In this document: piece by piece, positions 26,901 to 37,300 of the stretch
Layout of the letters: every line of letters starts with the position of its first letter
How positions within the stretch are numbered: the first letter of the stretch is position 1
Source of the DNA: Macrostomum hystrix
Taxonomy: Eukaryota; Animalia; Platyhelminthes
DNA length: 64,000 bases
Assembly: GCA_950097015.1 (NCBI GenBank)
Contig: CATNEN010000001.1
Location: 4,154,001-4,218,000 of the forward strand
Direction: 5' to 3'
Position numbers and translations under genes: made by a program
The notes under the pieces: model-generated
The model's database searches: none
What the model was told of the DNA's origin: nothing
Seen by the model: only the letters and a program-made list of their open reading frames with translations

Positions 26901-29273
26901 AATAGTGCGGCAGAGCTAACCGCCCTCCATCAGCAGTTGGAGTCCTTGCAGACCCGTTGTAATCAGCTTGAAGTGGAACTCACCGAGGCTAGATATAAAC
27001 AGGAATCTGCCAATCATGGCCTTCAAGTAGATGTGGTAAGCAATACTGTGTTGCTTAAAAAACGGTGTCAAGAAAATTTAATTTAATTTAACAGCTGTAA
27101 GCGACTGGGAAGACTTGTATCAGAACCTTATGACCCAGTACCTATTTACAAAAGTTAAGGGGTTGCAGCCTAGTTGTTACAGCGTCGGACTCACGACTTA
27201 AAGGTCGGGGGTTCGATTCCCGACTCCGCTGGAACAATTTGTGTCCTTTAGCAAGACACTTTACTCTGTAATTGAGGGTGGGTGTGGCGTCCCCCAGTCC
27301 ATGGACTGGGCTGCGGCTGTGCTGTCGGCTTCACATCTGGCCCGATTTTTACTACTATTATTATTGTAAGTTAATAATATTTAAAGAAGAGTTAACGAAT
27401 CAATTTTCAGCATTTTCCTCCATCAATGCTAACACTGGCATGCAAAGTTCAGGTAGTGTGTGTTGATTAATTTACCTTCTAATTTTGTTTGAATTTTTTA
27501 CATTGGTAATTGTTTATCCATGCATAGTTGGTAAGGTTTGTTATAGAATTATTTTTTAATCTAATAAGCCCTTGGTTAAGTGTAAGAACTACATTGTGAT
27601 TGGCTGCCGATGGTCTATCGGTACCGTGTTATGCGACATTCCAGTCCCTAAATACCATGTTTCACTAATTCATATAGGAGGCAATTCAGTCTGAGGTTAG
27701 TCGCCAGCAGGCTAATGCACAATACGAACAATCTGGCGCCGCTCTTGGCGGATTCGATTGGGCCGATCAGCTAACGGAGAAAATTGAAGCCGTGAAAACT
27801 TTGGCTCTGTGAGTAGTTTTCTATGCTCTATTGATTATTGGTTATGGAAAAGTTAATTCTAAAAAAATTGTACTTTTTTTTTCAGAAACAGTCAGCCAAC
27901 TGGCGATACGGTTAGCGTTGAAGACTACGAGGCACTGAGAATGCACACTACAGACTTGGAGGTACGTGATCTGCACTGTAGATAGATTGATAAATAGAGT
28001 AAGATTTGGCCCTGCCTTTATGGGGTGCTGTGGCTTCATGGGGTTGTTGGCTGTGGCTTCATGGTGATGTGTGCTGTGGCTTCATGGTGATGTGTGCTGT
28101 GGCTTCATGGTGATGTCTGCTGTGGCTTCATGGTGATGTGTACTGTGGCTTCATGGTGATGTCTGCTGTGGCTTCATGGTGATGTGTGCTGTGGCTTCAT
28201 GGTGATGTCTGCTGTGGCTTCATGGTGATGTCTGCTGTGGTTTCATGGTGATGTCTGCTGTGGTTTCAGGGGGTTGTTGGCTGTGGTTTCATGGTGATGT
28301 CTGCTGTGGTTTCAGGGGGTTGTTGGCTGTGGTTTCAGGGGGTTGTTGGCTGTGGTTTCAGGGGGTTGTTGGCTGTGGTTTCAGGTGGTTGTTGGCTGTG
28401 GTTTCAGGTGGTTGTTGGCTGTGGTTTCAGGGCGTTGTTGGCTGTGGTTTCAGGTGGTTGTTGGCTGTGGTTTCAGTGGGTTTTACATAGGTAAATATAC
28501 TTATTGTAAAGCTTGCAAAAAGCGCCCAATCTGTCTGGAATTCTCCAGAATCAATTGAGCAGTGTCAGCGCTGAGCTAGCCAGCTTGAAGCTTCGTTCGC
28601 CTCAACGACCGTCAGCGGCCTCTCTGCCGTCGCCGGCGGCGTCAGAATCGCTGCAGTACCAGTTCCAGTCCTTCATAGAGATACCGGAGATTGAGTATTT
28701 GAGAAACATACTATTAAAATACATGCTGGGAGAGAAGACTCAGGTAAGCAATGTCTGTTTGAGTTCTCATGCCAGTAATTGTCTGAGTTAAGCAGCCACC
28801 AAATTGCTGTTTCAGACACTAGCTAAGGTGATTTGCACTGTGCTGAAATTCAGCGAACCGCAGACTCAACAAGTACTCGAGTACGAGTTAAGGAAAGCTA
28901 ATGTAAGTCCTGCCATAAATCACTAATTGATTTTATTTGTGATTAAAAAATAGCATTTCAGAAAAGCTCAATACATTTTAGTGTTAATACGTCACTTATA
29001 TTTTTAGCGTTAAAAATAGGTAACTACGAATTGGATATTAAATAACGAGCATATATGTTTGGTGCTACTGTATTAATTAACCAGGAATATTAACGCATTG
29101 CACATCAATTTGCATGTCTGCGGACAATATATATATATTAAATTAAATAATTAGCACAATAATTGTATTCTATGTAACTTGCATTAACTTGAATTAATGT
29201 CATTAAAATAGATTAATATATATATTATTAATATCTGTTGCAGACGTGGCTAACTCTCAACCGACCGGTATAG
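11999..29273 (+). CDS. GOLGA4: Golgin-245 / GOLGA4 orthologue (GRIP-domain trans-Golgi coiled-coil tether), ~2,536 aa
   Basis: Exons 11999-12049, 13185-13583, 14261-14395, 15456-15581, 16419-16559, 18556-19032, 19821-20096, 20528-20959, 21586-21965, 22269-26691, 26784-27035, 27678-27808, 27886-27961, 28549-28743, 28816-28902, 29244-29273; all GT-AG and phase-consistent. The N-terminus MFKKLRQKIEE and DKSLRRIGELKEQIELDQLAK match golgin-245. The C-terminal GRIP domain reads EIEYLRNILLKYMLGEKTQTLAKVICTVLKFSEPQTQQVL...TWL. Confidence 0.92.
12528..12777. mobile_element. hAT-like MITE (250 bp)
   Basis: TIRs CATACATGCGCAAC / GTTGCACATGTATG; perfect 8-bp TSD AAGACTAG (12520-12527 and 12778-12785); second copy inverted at 58685-58935. 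Confidence 0.9.
13615..14227. mobile_element. Non-autonomous DNA transposon (MITE), TA TSD, Tc1/mariner-like
   Basis: TIRs ACAGCAGAACTACCAAG / CTTGGTAGTTCTACTGT flanked by TA on both sides; related copies at 30081, 31543 and 50100. Confidence 0.85.
14972..15403. repeat. Minisatellite, 30 bp unit (CTCAGTGCTTCATTCAGTGTGTGTCATCCC)
   Basis: About 14 copies in golgin intron 3. Confidence 0.97.
15790..16250. repeat. Minisatellite, 45 bp unit (TAATCCTAGTTCAGAGGGGATAAAATCCCATTTTTATGGGGTTAA)
   Basis: About 10 copies in golgin intron 4. Confidence 0.95.
16690..18530. repeat. Minisatellite, 21 bp unit (AATCAAATCCCAACTCAAAAG)
   Basis: About 87 copies filling golgin intron 5. Confidence 0.98.
19245..19750. 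repeat. Minisatellite, 30 bp unit (GATTGATCTAGAGGACTATTGATAGGGTAG)
   Basis: Golgin intron 6. Confidence 0.95.
20200..20420. repeat. Pyrimidine-rich ~18-19 bp minisatellite (CCCATTCTCATTTTCTT)
   Basis: Golgin intron 7. Confidence 0.85.
21145..21470. repeat. Minisatellite, 39 bp unit (CTGGTCATTAGCCCAGTCTTTAAGTGATCATAGTAA-like)
   Basis: Golgin intron 8. Confidence 0.9.
21977..22235. repeat. Minisatellite, 15 bp unit (GGGTCAGGATGCATT / GGGTCAGGATCCAGT)
   Basis: Fills golgin intron 9; makes the false N-terminus of the 1555-aa ORF. Confidence 0.95.
22780..23982 (+). repeat. Coding tandem repeat, 84 bp / 28 aa (EDWKTKCQEFENTIQNHVTESSQLKSEV) x ~14, inside golgin exon 10
   Basis: Near-identical nucleotide copies with the frame preserved. 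Confidence 0.95.
27158..27345 (+). mobile_element. tRNA-derived SINE family 1, internally deleted copy
   Basis: A/B-box head (…GGTTCGATTCCCGACTCC), CORE-like GTGTCCTTTAGCAAGACACTT; homologous to 48113-48395 and 58976-59290. Confidence 0.85.
28025..28478. repeat. GT-rich minisatellite, ~23 bp unit (GCTGTGGYTTCAKGG...)
   Basis: Golgin intron 13; two variant sub-arrays. Confidence 0.93.
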
Positions 29274-30080
29274 ACTACTACAGATGTCAGCCAGTAGTAT
29301 CTGTTGCATACATACGGCTCTAAGTGTGTGATTATATAAATTATTATTTAAGAACTGGTTACTCAAATCATGTTGTAATTTGGCTGTGTTCTATTGAAAG
29401 TTTGTCTAGCCAATACTTAGTGTTTAGTTGGTGTCATCTGTGATGTTTAACCAAAAATACATTTGTCTACCATTTAGTTACTGTTATTGGTTTATTAATC
29501 TGTATTAGCATGTGATTATTTGCAACCTAAACTAGCTAAATTTCATTTCATTACAACTTGTCTGCATTGCTTGGTGTTCAGGTTCTATAATGTATTCAAT
29601 TCGTGATTAGTTTCATATATGATGTCCATGTCAACGCAGAAACCATTTTAATAAACTGCCAACGGAGTCCAGCCTACTGTGGCAAGCGTTATGCGAATCA
29701 TATTTTAATTTGTTTTTTTTTATTAATTTTCCTTGATTTCCCTGGAACTGTTTTAGCTTGCGCCTGTTCGCTTTGTTTGTTTAAAATGATTTTATTGTCC
29801 GTTTTATTTGTCTTATTGCTTATTGAAACCGTTTGTGTATTATTATTATGCTACACCTGTTTGCGATCTGTCAAGATTACATAGCTAAACAGTTTTGTGC
29901 TAATATGAAAATAAATTTTGTTTCCTTCTGAGAGAGACAGAGACAGAGAGTGAGAGTGAGAGTTTCGTGTCCACATTTGGGACCTTGAAGAGACCTTAGA
30001 GACCTTATTTGAGAAAATATCAATGAAAAATATGCAAAAAACAATTCAAAACTATTTCAAAACACAGTCTTTACATTTTA

Positions 30081-30439
30081 ATAGTAGGACTATCAAGCCA
30101 CACGGTCGCCTGTTTTCATACCATTATGGTGTCCTGTGGTTGAGCTGCGCCTGAACATCCAGCAGCTCCGTCTAGATAAAGGTAGGTGACCACCGAAGAC
30201 ATGCTGATAAATTTTGAAGGCCTGGCAAGGCCGCACTGAGGCGCAGTGCTAATTCGTGTATGAAATACACTAGCGCTTATGGGAAAAAATCCGACCTTCG
30301 GCCAGAAACATTGCATATCTCGATCGGTCTGAAGAGCTGGACAAAAAGCTGGGCCGTGTTTTTGAGTTTCGTGTGCTTGCGCTGCTCCTTTAAGGTGCAG
30401 CAAAAAATAGTCAGCGGGACCCCTTGGTAGTTCTACTGT
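30081..30439. mobile_element. TA-TSD MITE family copy (internally deleted)
   Basis: Ends ATAGTAGGACTATCAAG / CTTGGTAGTTCTACTGT; internal identity with the 13615 element in inverted orientation. Confidence 0.85.
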
Positions 30440-30794
30440 GAAAAACGGAACTCAATTAAAATATGTTAGTCTATATTGTACTTTTTAATATATATAAAAG
30501 TTTTGAAAACAATTGGCAAAAAAACAAAAACAGACGAAAGTTGCAAAGGAATCAGACAGGAGACTTGAGATGAGAAAGACGCGACACTACATGTTTGTAA
30601 GAACTTGTAAATAGAAAAAAACTGCCCACAAGCACATGCCATAAAAATTGGCCTGGATATACATAAAATAGAGAGAAAAAGACATGTCGGAAAATCTGAG
30701 AGATTCTAGGAAACAGTTATACAAAAAATGATTTGCATGGCGCTTTGGAAAGTGGTAACAAATTATTATCTAAACACCGGATTGATTGTTCAGC

Positions 30795-33548
30795 TCACAG
30801 AATGCGGCACGGCTGCTGACGGTTACCGCTCGCACTGACATTGAAGGCATCGGCGGCAGCAGCTTCGCAAATCGCTCGAGTCGCCAGTTGCTGCTCCATC
30901 GCCGACCGGACCTCCAGTCGATCCAGCTGGACGGCAAGGCGGTCGCGATGCTGCAATTCTTTGAACAGCTCGCCAGATAATTCCGGCGTCAGACTAGGCG
31001 AAGAAGACATCAGTAGGTGTCGACGAATGCGCCTCTTGAGTGACTCCAATCTTTGCAACTGTTCAACCTCCAGCTGCATGAGGTCCAGCTGATTGGACTG
31101 GTAATGCACCTGCAGTCGTTGCATGAGCAAGCTGTACCACTCGGTTAGCAAGCCAGCACCGCCTAGAGAGAGGCGTGTGACGCCTTTGTTTGCATTCAAA
31201 GCGACTAGACTGCTTAGAGAGTTGCGCAACTCTTTGCGAAGCTGATTGAGACTGCTTCGACGGCAGGCCAGGTCTTGTCGGCGACGTATCAGCAGCTGCA
31301 TCATTGTGGCGTCCACCTCTAGGTCTGAACTGTCTGTGGTATCCCGCTCAGCGTAGGTAACAACAGCAAGCTGAGGACTACTACTGGCGCCAGTAGTCAG
31401 GTGACAACAACGAAGCTGATGAAGAAAGTCTAGCACCGATGTCACATCTGGAGCTGATCCGTTCAGACTTGGCGTCCTGAATGGAGTTCAAAAAACGCGG
31501 CTTGTATTTCCGCACTTTTGAAGAGACCTTCAATCGTGGTTAACAATAGGACTACCAAGCCATTTTGCCGCCCGTTTTTATACCAAAGGGCCCCCTGAAA
31601 CATTTTTTGGCAGCGCCTGAATGCTAACAGTGTTGGGTGGGGACTGATTGATTGACAGACTAGGCGAGGATGTCCAGTGAAATTTGAGAAATTCGCGTCA
31701 GGGTGTCCATTGTGGCCTAGTTCCACCTGTTGTAGCCCTTGAAGGTCCAGCAGTCCGTCTAGATAAAGTTAGGTGACCACCGAAGACGGAGATAATGCAG
31801 GTACAATCGGGTGACATGCTGATAAATTTTGAAGGCCTGGCAAGGCCGCACTGAGGCGCAGTGCTAATTCATGTATATGGGTGTATGTATAAGGCTTATG
31901 GGAAAAATCAGACCCTCGGCCAGAACCATTGAATATCTCGACGGTCTGAAGGGCTGGCGACTTGATTCTTGTTTCAGAAGATGCGCAAAAAAAGTTGGCC
32001 CATGTTCTTGACTTTCGTGTGCCTGCGCTGCTCCGTTCAGGCGCAGCACAAATATAATTTTGATAGGTGAACTCCCGCCTAATTTAGGACCACCATCATA
32101 CGCATATACTGAGCTATTGTTTTACTAACCTGAACACACCCAGTTGTCTAGCGGCTTCAGCGGCCATGGCGTGGCACTGCAGCCAGCCACTGGGCGGTCC
32201 GGCAGCTGCTTTGTCAGCGGCCGCACGCAGATCTATTAAGCCAGGCCAGTGTCGTTGAATGATGGCACAGAAGGCCAGGCCGCTGCTAAATGATGTGCTC
32301 AGATTTTGAACACAGACGCCAGGACAATTCGCTGCGGACTCGCGAGCCCACGCGAACAGCTGATCAATCTCGGACATGTCCAAATCTAATAGGCTAGTCT
32401 GACGTCGAACTGACAATGGCACAGCTGCTGCATCCGAAGATGCTGCTAGACATTTTCTGAGAGACACTAGCGGCATCGCTTGACCGGGCATGGAATAGTA
32501 CAGTGTGAGACTAACTGTGCCCGACAAGATCTGGTTGGTAAATAGAAGGTACAATTAAGCTTAGCATTACAATCCATATGATGATTCTAGAGTGTACATC
32601 TGCTCAGACTTTCTCATTGTCTCATGTCTCTCATAGACGTGAATTGCGCGACAAGCCAGCAAGCTTTCTTGCCTTCGAGGAACACGGATTCGAGCTCAGG
32701 GACTGTCGCGACTTTATCGTCGTCTCTAAATAGTTCACGTGCACCTTTAGTCTGTCAATCACCTCGATAAACAGACAATTCTGTCTGCTTCTCTACCTCT
32801 GCTTTTAAGCCGCCTTCTGATTGGTCCGGCTCTCCCCTTCTCGCCTTTCTCTTACCCCCAGTCGCGCACTCTCTTTTTTCTCGTCAGGGACTTCAATGCC
32901 TGAGTCGGACGTGATATCGCTTCGCCATTTCAACCCCTAATTCTAGCCCACTTTCGGTAGCAGCAGCAAGAAGGCTTTGGGTCGTGAAGTTTACTTCAAA
33001 GAGGACTTCATTACGAAGGCACAGTGTGAGTGTGTGCCAGCGTGCGGTATAACATATGACAGTGTAGTCGCTAGCTATATGCCCAGTCCACTATCGATGC
33101 GCATAGCAACACTCACTTTCTTAGACATGCGCTCAGTTGGCAACAGCATCAGTTGGTACTCTTGAGCATCGGTAAGAGATTTCAAATCAACCGTACACCT
33201 GGCCAACGGCTTGACGCCAGTGGAACCACCAAGCACTGAAGCTAGGGATCTTCGCTCAGTTTTCAACTCTTCTATTGTCACCGTCAGGATCTTCAAAGAG
33301 TCGCCAGTTAACGCAGTCTTGGACTTTGATTTGGAATGAGAAATATCGATGCTGAGCAGCTCCGGACTGCGCCATTCTAAACAGCAGCGACAGGGCAGCG
33401 ATAAACTGGCAAACCAGCTCACCGCTTGGCTGCTGCAGCAGCCGCTACACACCGTGAGGGATACCCGAAGCAATCGACCTGGGTTGAAGCCTTTGACGCA
33501 GTCAACGGAGGCGGATGAGATCTTGGCAGTCAGTTGGCGACCCTCTGC
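30795..33548 (-). CDS. EHBP1-like paralog A: NT-C2 + CH + bMERB + CAAX (CRIL), ~505 aa; start codon absent from the first visible exon
   Basis: Exons 33548-33117 (NT-C2: ...KPLARCTVDLKSL...LLPTERMSKK), 32530-32130 (CH: QLFAWARE...QNLSTSFSSGLAFCAIIQRHWPGLID) and 31476-30795 (CH end PDVTSVLDFLHQLR; bMERB LLTEWYSLLMQR...ELQHRDRLAVQLD; CRIL stop). Intron phases 0 and 2. Confidence 0.85.
31543..32050. mobile_element. TA-TSD MITE family copy (one end truncated) in intron 2 of paralog A
   Basis: TA+ACAATAGGACTACCAAG end; colinear with the reverse complement of 13615-14227. Confidence 0.85.
32590..32930 (-). mobile_element. Degraded SINE family 2 copy interrupted by a solo LTR
   Basis: Head TGGCGAAGCG...GTCCC|TGAGCTCGAATCCG is reconstituted after removing 32704-32886 plus one GGGAC; carries the GAGAAAGTC...CAGATGTACAC motif of family 2. 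Confidence 0.65.
32704..32886 (-). mobile_element. Putative solo LTR (183 bp)
   Basis: TG...CA termini (TGTCGCGA / TCTCGTCA), 5-bp TSD GGGAC on both sides, CCAAT and TTAAAA motifs on the - strand. Confidence 0.65.
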
Positions 33549-33611
33549 CTGAAACAGGTGCGAGATTGATATTTTGCATTGAATTAGCTTAAAATCACTT
33601 GCTATGATAAT

Positions 33612-33960
33612 ATAATTGCATGAGGGCTGCGGGCAATGGTACATCATTTAGTGACACTAGACCCGCAGCCAGCGAGGAGGAAATTCTGTCCATTTCGCTG
33701 ACTCCTGAGCACACACACTCACAGATACTGTACGCAGGCACACGCTCACACAGGTGTGTACATCTGCCCTGACTTTCTCATCGTCAGGCAGTGTACACTC
33801 TCACTGTGCCTTGGAGGTTGGCCCTCAAGGGCGTAAATTGCACGACAAGCCCCAAAGCCTTCTCTCCGTGGCTGCGCCCTAAATGCATGTGGCCTCGCCG
33901 CGGAATCGAGCTCAGGGACCTTGGTGCGAGAGGCAAACGCGTTAAACCGCTTTACCACTC
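33612..33960 (-). mobile_element. tRNA-derived SINE family 2, full length
   Basis: Head TGGTAAAGCGG...GCTCGATTCC, body and 3' hairpin with ATT tail; highly similar to 44560-44930. Confidence 0.88.
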
Positions 33961-34384
33961 ACAACCAATAATATTTGCCTTAATTTTTATTTAATGAAAT
34001 CACGATCCTAGCTTAATGATATCTTGACTGACCGAAAAAACTTAATAGAATACGAATTTTATTTATGATAAAATAGAAGACAAAAAATCTAGATTATATT
34101 TATAATATTTCTGTTTGTAAAAATCTCCATAAACAAGAAAAAGAATGTAAAAGCGATAATTTGTAAGTTTTTTAGCGAAATAACACATACTTGACGTTTA
34201 GTGGTCTTAATAAAAATTTACGTAAAATATCGGGAAAAAGTTATTTTCATATACAGTGGAAGATTCTTAGATAAAACTGTCGAATACATCTACTAAGAAA
34301 CAAACTCGATCGATAAAGGTTAGACAAATTCTACTACTTAGTAGTAGTAAATATATCCAAGTTTGTCATGTCTAGAAATAAATT

Positions 34385-37300
34385 TCAAAGAAATGTGCAC
34401 CAATACGAGCTGGCATAACAGACGTCAGTGCCAGGTAGACTCGAGGTGTGAAACCAGCCGTCTTCATCTTCGAATCCCAAACTGGTTGGCTGCTGATCGT
34501 ATGGGACCAATGTCGCAGCATTTGAATACAAAGATGGCTGCTGATGCTGCAGCGGCGATAAGCAGAAATGCTGACGCAACTGTCTGAGTAGTTGAAGTAG
34601 GCGATGTCCGCTTTCTGGACTGTCCCTGTCCCAGGCCAGGTCCAGGCGAGGAGCCCTGGAGGTTCAGATGGGTGGTTGAAATTTCGAATTATAAATCAAG
34701 CCAAGAAAACTAAGTAGAAGTTGGAAACTACTTAGCAAAGAATATTCTAATTAACAAACACATCCTAGTAGTAAAGACTTTACCGAAGCAACATAGTTGC
34801 AGCAAAAAAAATGCATAAGAAACTGCATAGCAACGAAGATTCTAGATGAAAAACATCCTAGCAACAAAGATTCCACCTAAGAAACTGCATAGCAACGAAG
34901 ATTCCACTAAAGAAACTGCATAGCAACGAAGATTCTAGATGAAAAACATCCTAGCAACGAAGATTCCACAAAAGAAACTGCCTAGCAACAAAGATTCCAC
35001 CTAAGAAACTGCATAGCAACGAAGATTCCATATTAAAAACAGCCTGGCAACGAAGATTCCTCCGAAGAAACAGCATAGCAACGAAGATTCCACCAAAGAA
35101 ACTGCATAGCAACGAAGATTCCATATTAAAAACAGCCTGACAACGAAGATTCCACCAAAGAAACTGCATAGCAACGAAGATTCTAGATGAAAAACATCCT
35201 AGCAACAAAGATTCCACCTAAGAAACTGCATAGCAACGAAGATTCTAGATGAAAAACATACTAGCAACGAAGATTCCACAAAAGAAACTGCCTAGCAACA
35301 AAGATTCCACCTAAGAAACTGCATAACAACAAAGATTCCACCTAAGAAACTGCACAACAACGAAGATTCCACTAAAGAAACTGCATAGCAACGAAGATTC
35401 TAGATAAAAAACATCCTAGCAACGAAGATTCCACAAAAGAAACTGCCTAGCAACAAAGATTCCACCTAAGAAACTGCATAGCAACGAAGATTCCATATTA
35501 AAAACAACCTGGCAACGAAGATTCCACCGAAGAAACAGCATAGCAACGAAGATTCCACCAAAGAAACTGCATAGCAACGAAGATTCTAGATGAAAAACAT
35601 CCTAGCAACGAAGATTCCACAAAAGAAACTGCCTAGCAACAAAGATTCCACCTAAGAAACTGCATAACAACAAAGATTCCACCTAAGAAACTGCACAACA
35701 ACAAAGATTCCACCTAAGAAACTGCATAACAACAAAGATTCCACCTAAGAAACTGCATAACAACAAAGATTCCACCTAAGAAACTGCACAACAACGAAGA
35801 TTCCACTAAAGAAACTGCATAGCAACGAAGATTCTAGATAAAAAACATCCTAGCAACGAAGATTCCACAAAAGAAACTGCCTAGCAACAAAGATTCCACC
35901 TAAGAAACTGCTGAAGATTCCATATTAAAAACAACCTGGCAACGAAGATTCCACCAAAGAAACAGCATAGCAACGAAGATTCCACCAAAGAAACTGCATA
36001 GCAACGAAGATTCTAGATGAAAAACATCCTAGCAACGAAGATTCCACAAAAGAAACTGCCTAGCAACAAAGATTCCACCTAAGAAACTGCATAACAACAA
36101 AGATTCCACCTAAGAAACTGCACAACAACAAAGATTCCACCTAAGAAACTGCCTAGCAACGAAGATTCAACCTAGGAAACCGCATAGAAACGAAGATTCC
36201 ATATGAAAAACATGCTAGCAACGAGTATTCCACTTAAGAAAGTGCATAGCAACGAAAATCGATTCCAATTTAGTAACACGGAGCAACTAACACGCTGCCC
36301 TGATGCCTGCACCATTCGTCAGAGCAATCTTGAAAAACTATTCGAAAATTCTTCATCAGAGACGGATGCTCAGCCAGCACGTTGAAGTTAACGACACCAG
36401 TCTCGCCGCCGCAGAATCGCCGAATAACCAAGAAAGCGATGTCAAAGTTTGACAGAATCGACTGGGCATCGTCGACTGGAGCTACATCCGGGTGACCGTC
36501 GGAGACAGCGCGCAGCCAGGCCTCCAGACTGTGCGTCAGCAGCGTCTGATTGACGGCTTGCGACTGTCTCGGATTGGGCAGGCGAAGATCGGCGCGAACT
36601 ACCGCGGAATCTGGTTTGCCGCAGTCTTTGGAGTCGACTCCCCGTCTAACCGGGCCCATCGCAATACTGTGGAGGCTAGTGAAGACCCTAGCTGGCGAGA
36701 GCATCTTCAACGGCATCTCCGTAGATCGCCTGCTGCTGCGAGCGTAGATTAGATCGAATTGTAGAGTGACACTGGCCAGCTGGGAACAGGACTGCAGGGC
36801 GATGGGAGAGATAAGTGCGTTGATACTCCGGAACTTGAGACTTTTTAACTCAATGCTACTATACAGATCTGCAGGGGTCGAAGCAACCCAGTTGCCCCTT
36901 CTGACACCTACAGTATCCTGCTTCATATTTCACCGTGTGTCATTCCTTCCCTGTCTCAGCTCTTCCGTGTCTCATCTCTTCATTGTCTCATCTCTCCCGT
37001 GTCTCATCTCTCCCCTGTCTCATCTCTCCCGTGTCTCATCTCTCCCCTGTCTCATCTCTCCCGTGTCTCATCTCTCCCGTGTCTCATCTCTCCCGTGTCT
37101 CATCTCTCCCGTGTCTCATCTCTCCCCTGTCTCATCTCTCCAGTGTCTCATCTCTCCTGTGTCTCATCTCTCCCGTGTCTCATCTCTCCCGTGTCTCATC
37201 TCTCCCGTGTCTCATCTCTCCCGTCTCATCTCTCCCCTGTCTCATCTCTCCCCTGTCTCATCTCTCCCGTGTCTCATCTCTCCCCTGTCTCATCTCTCCC

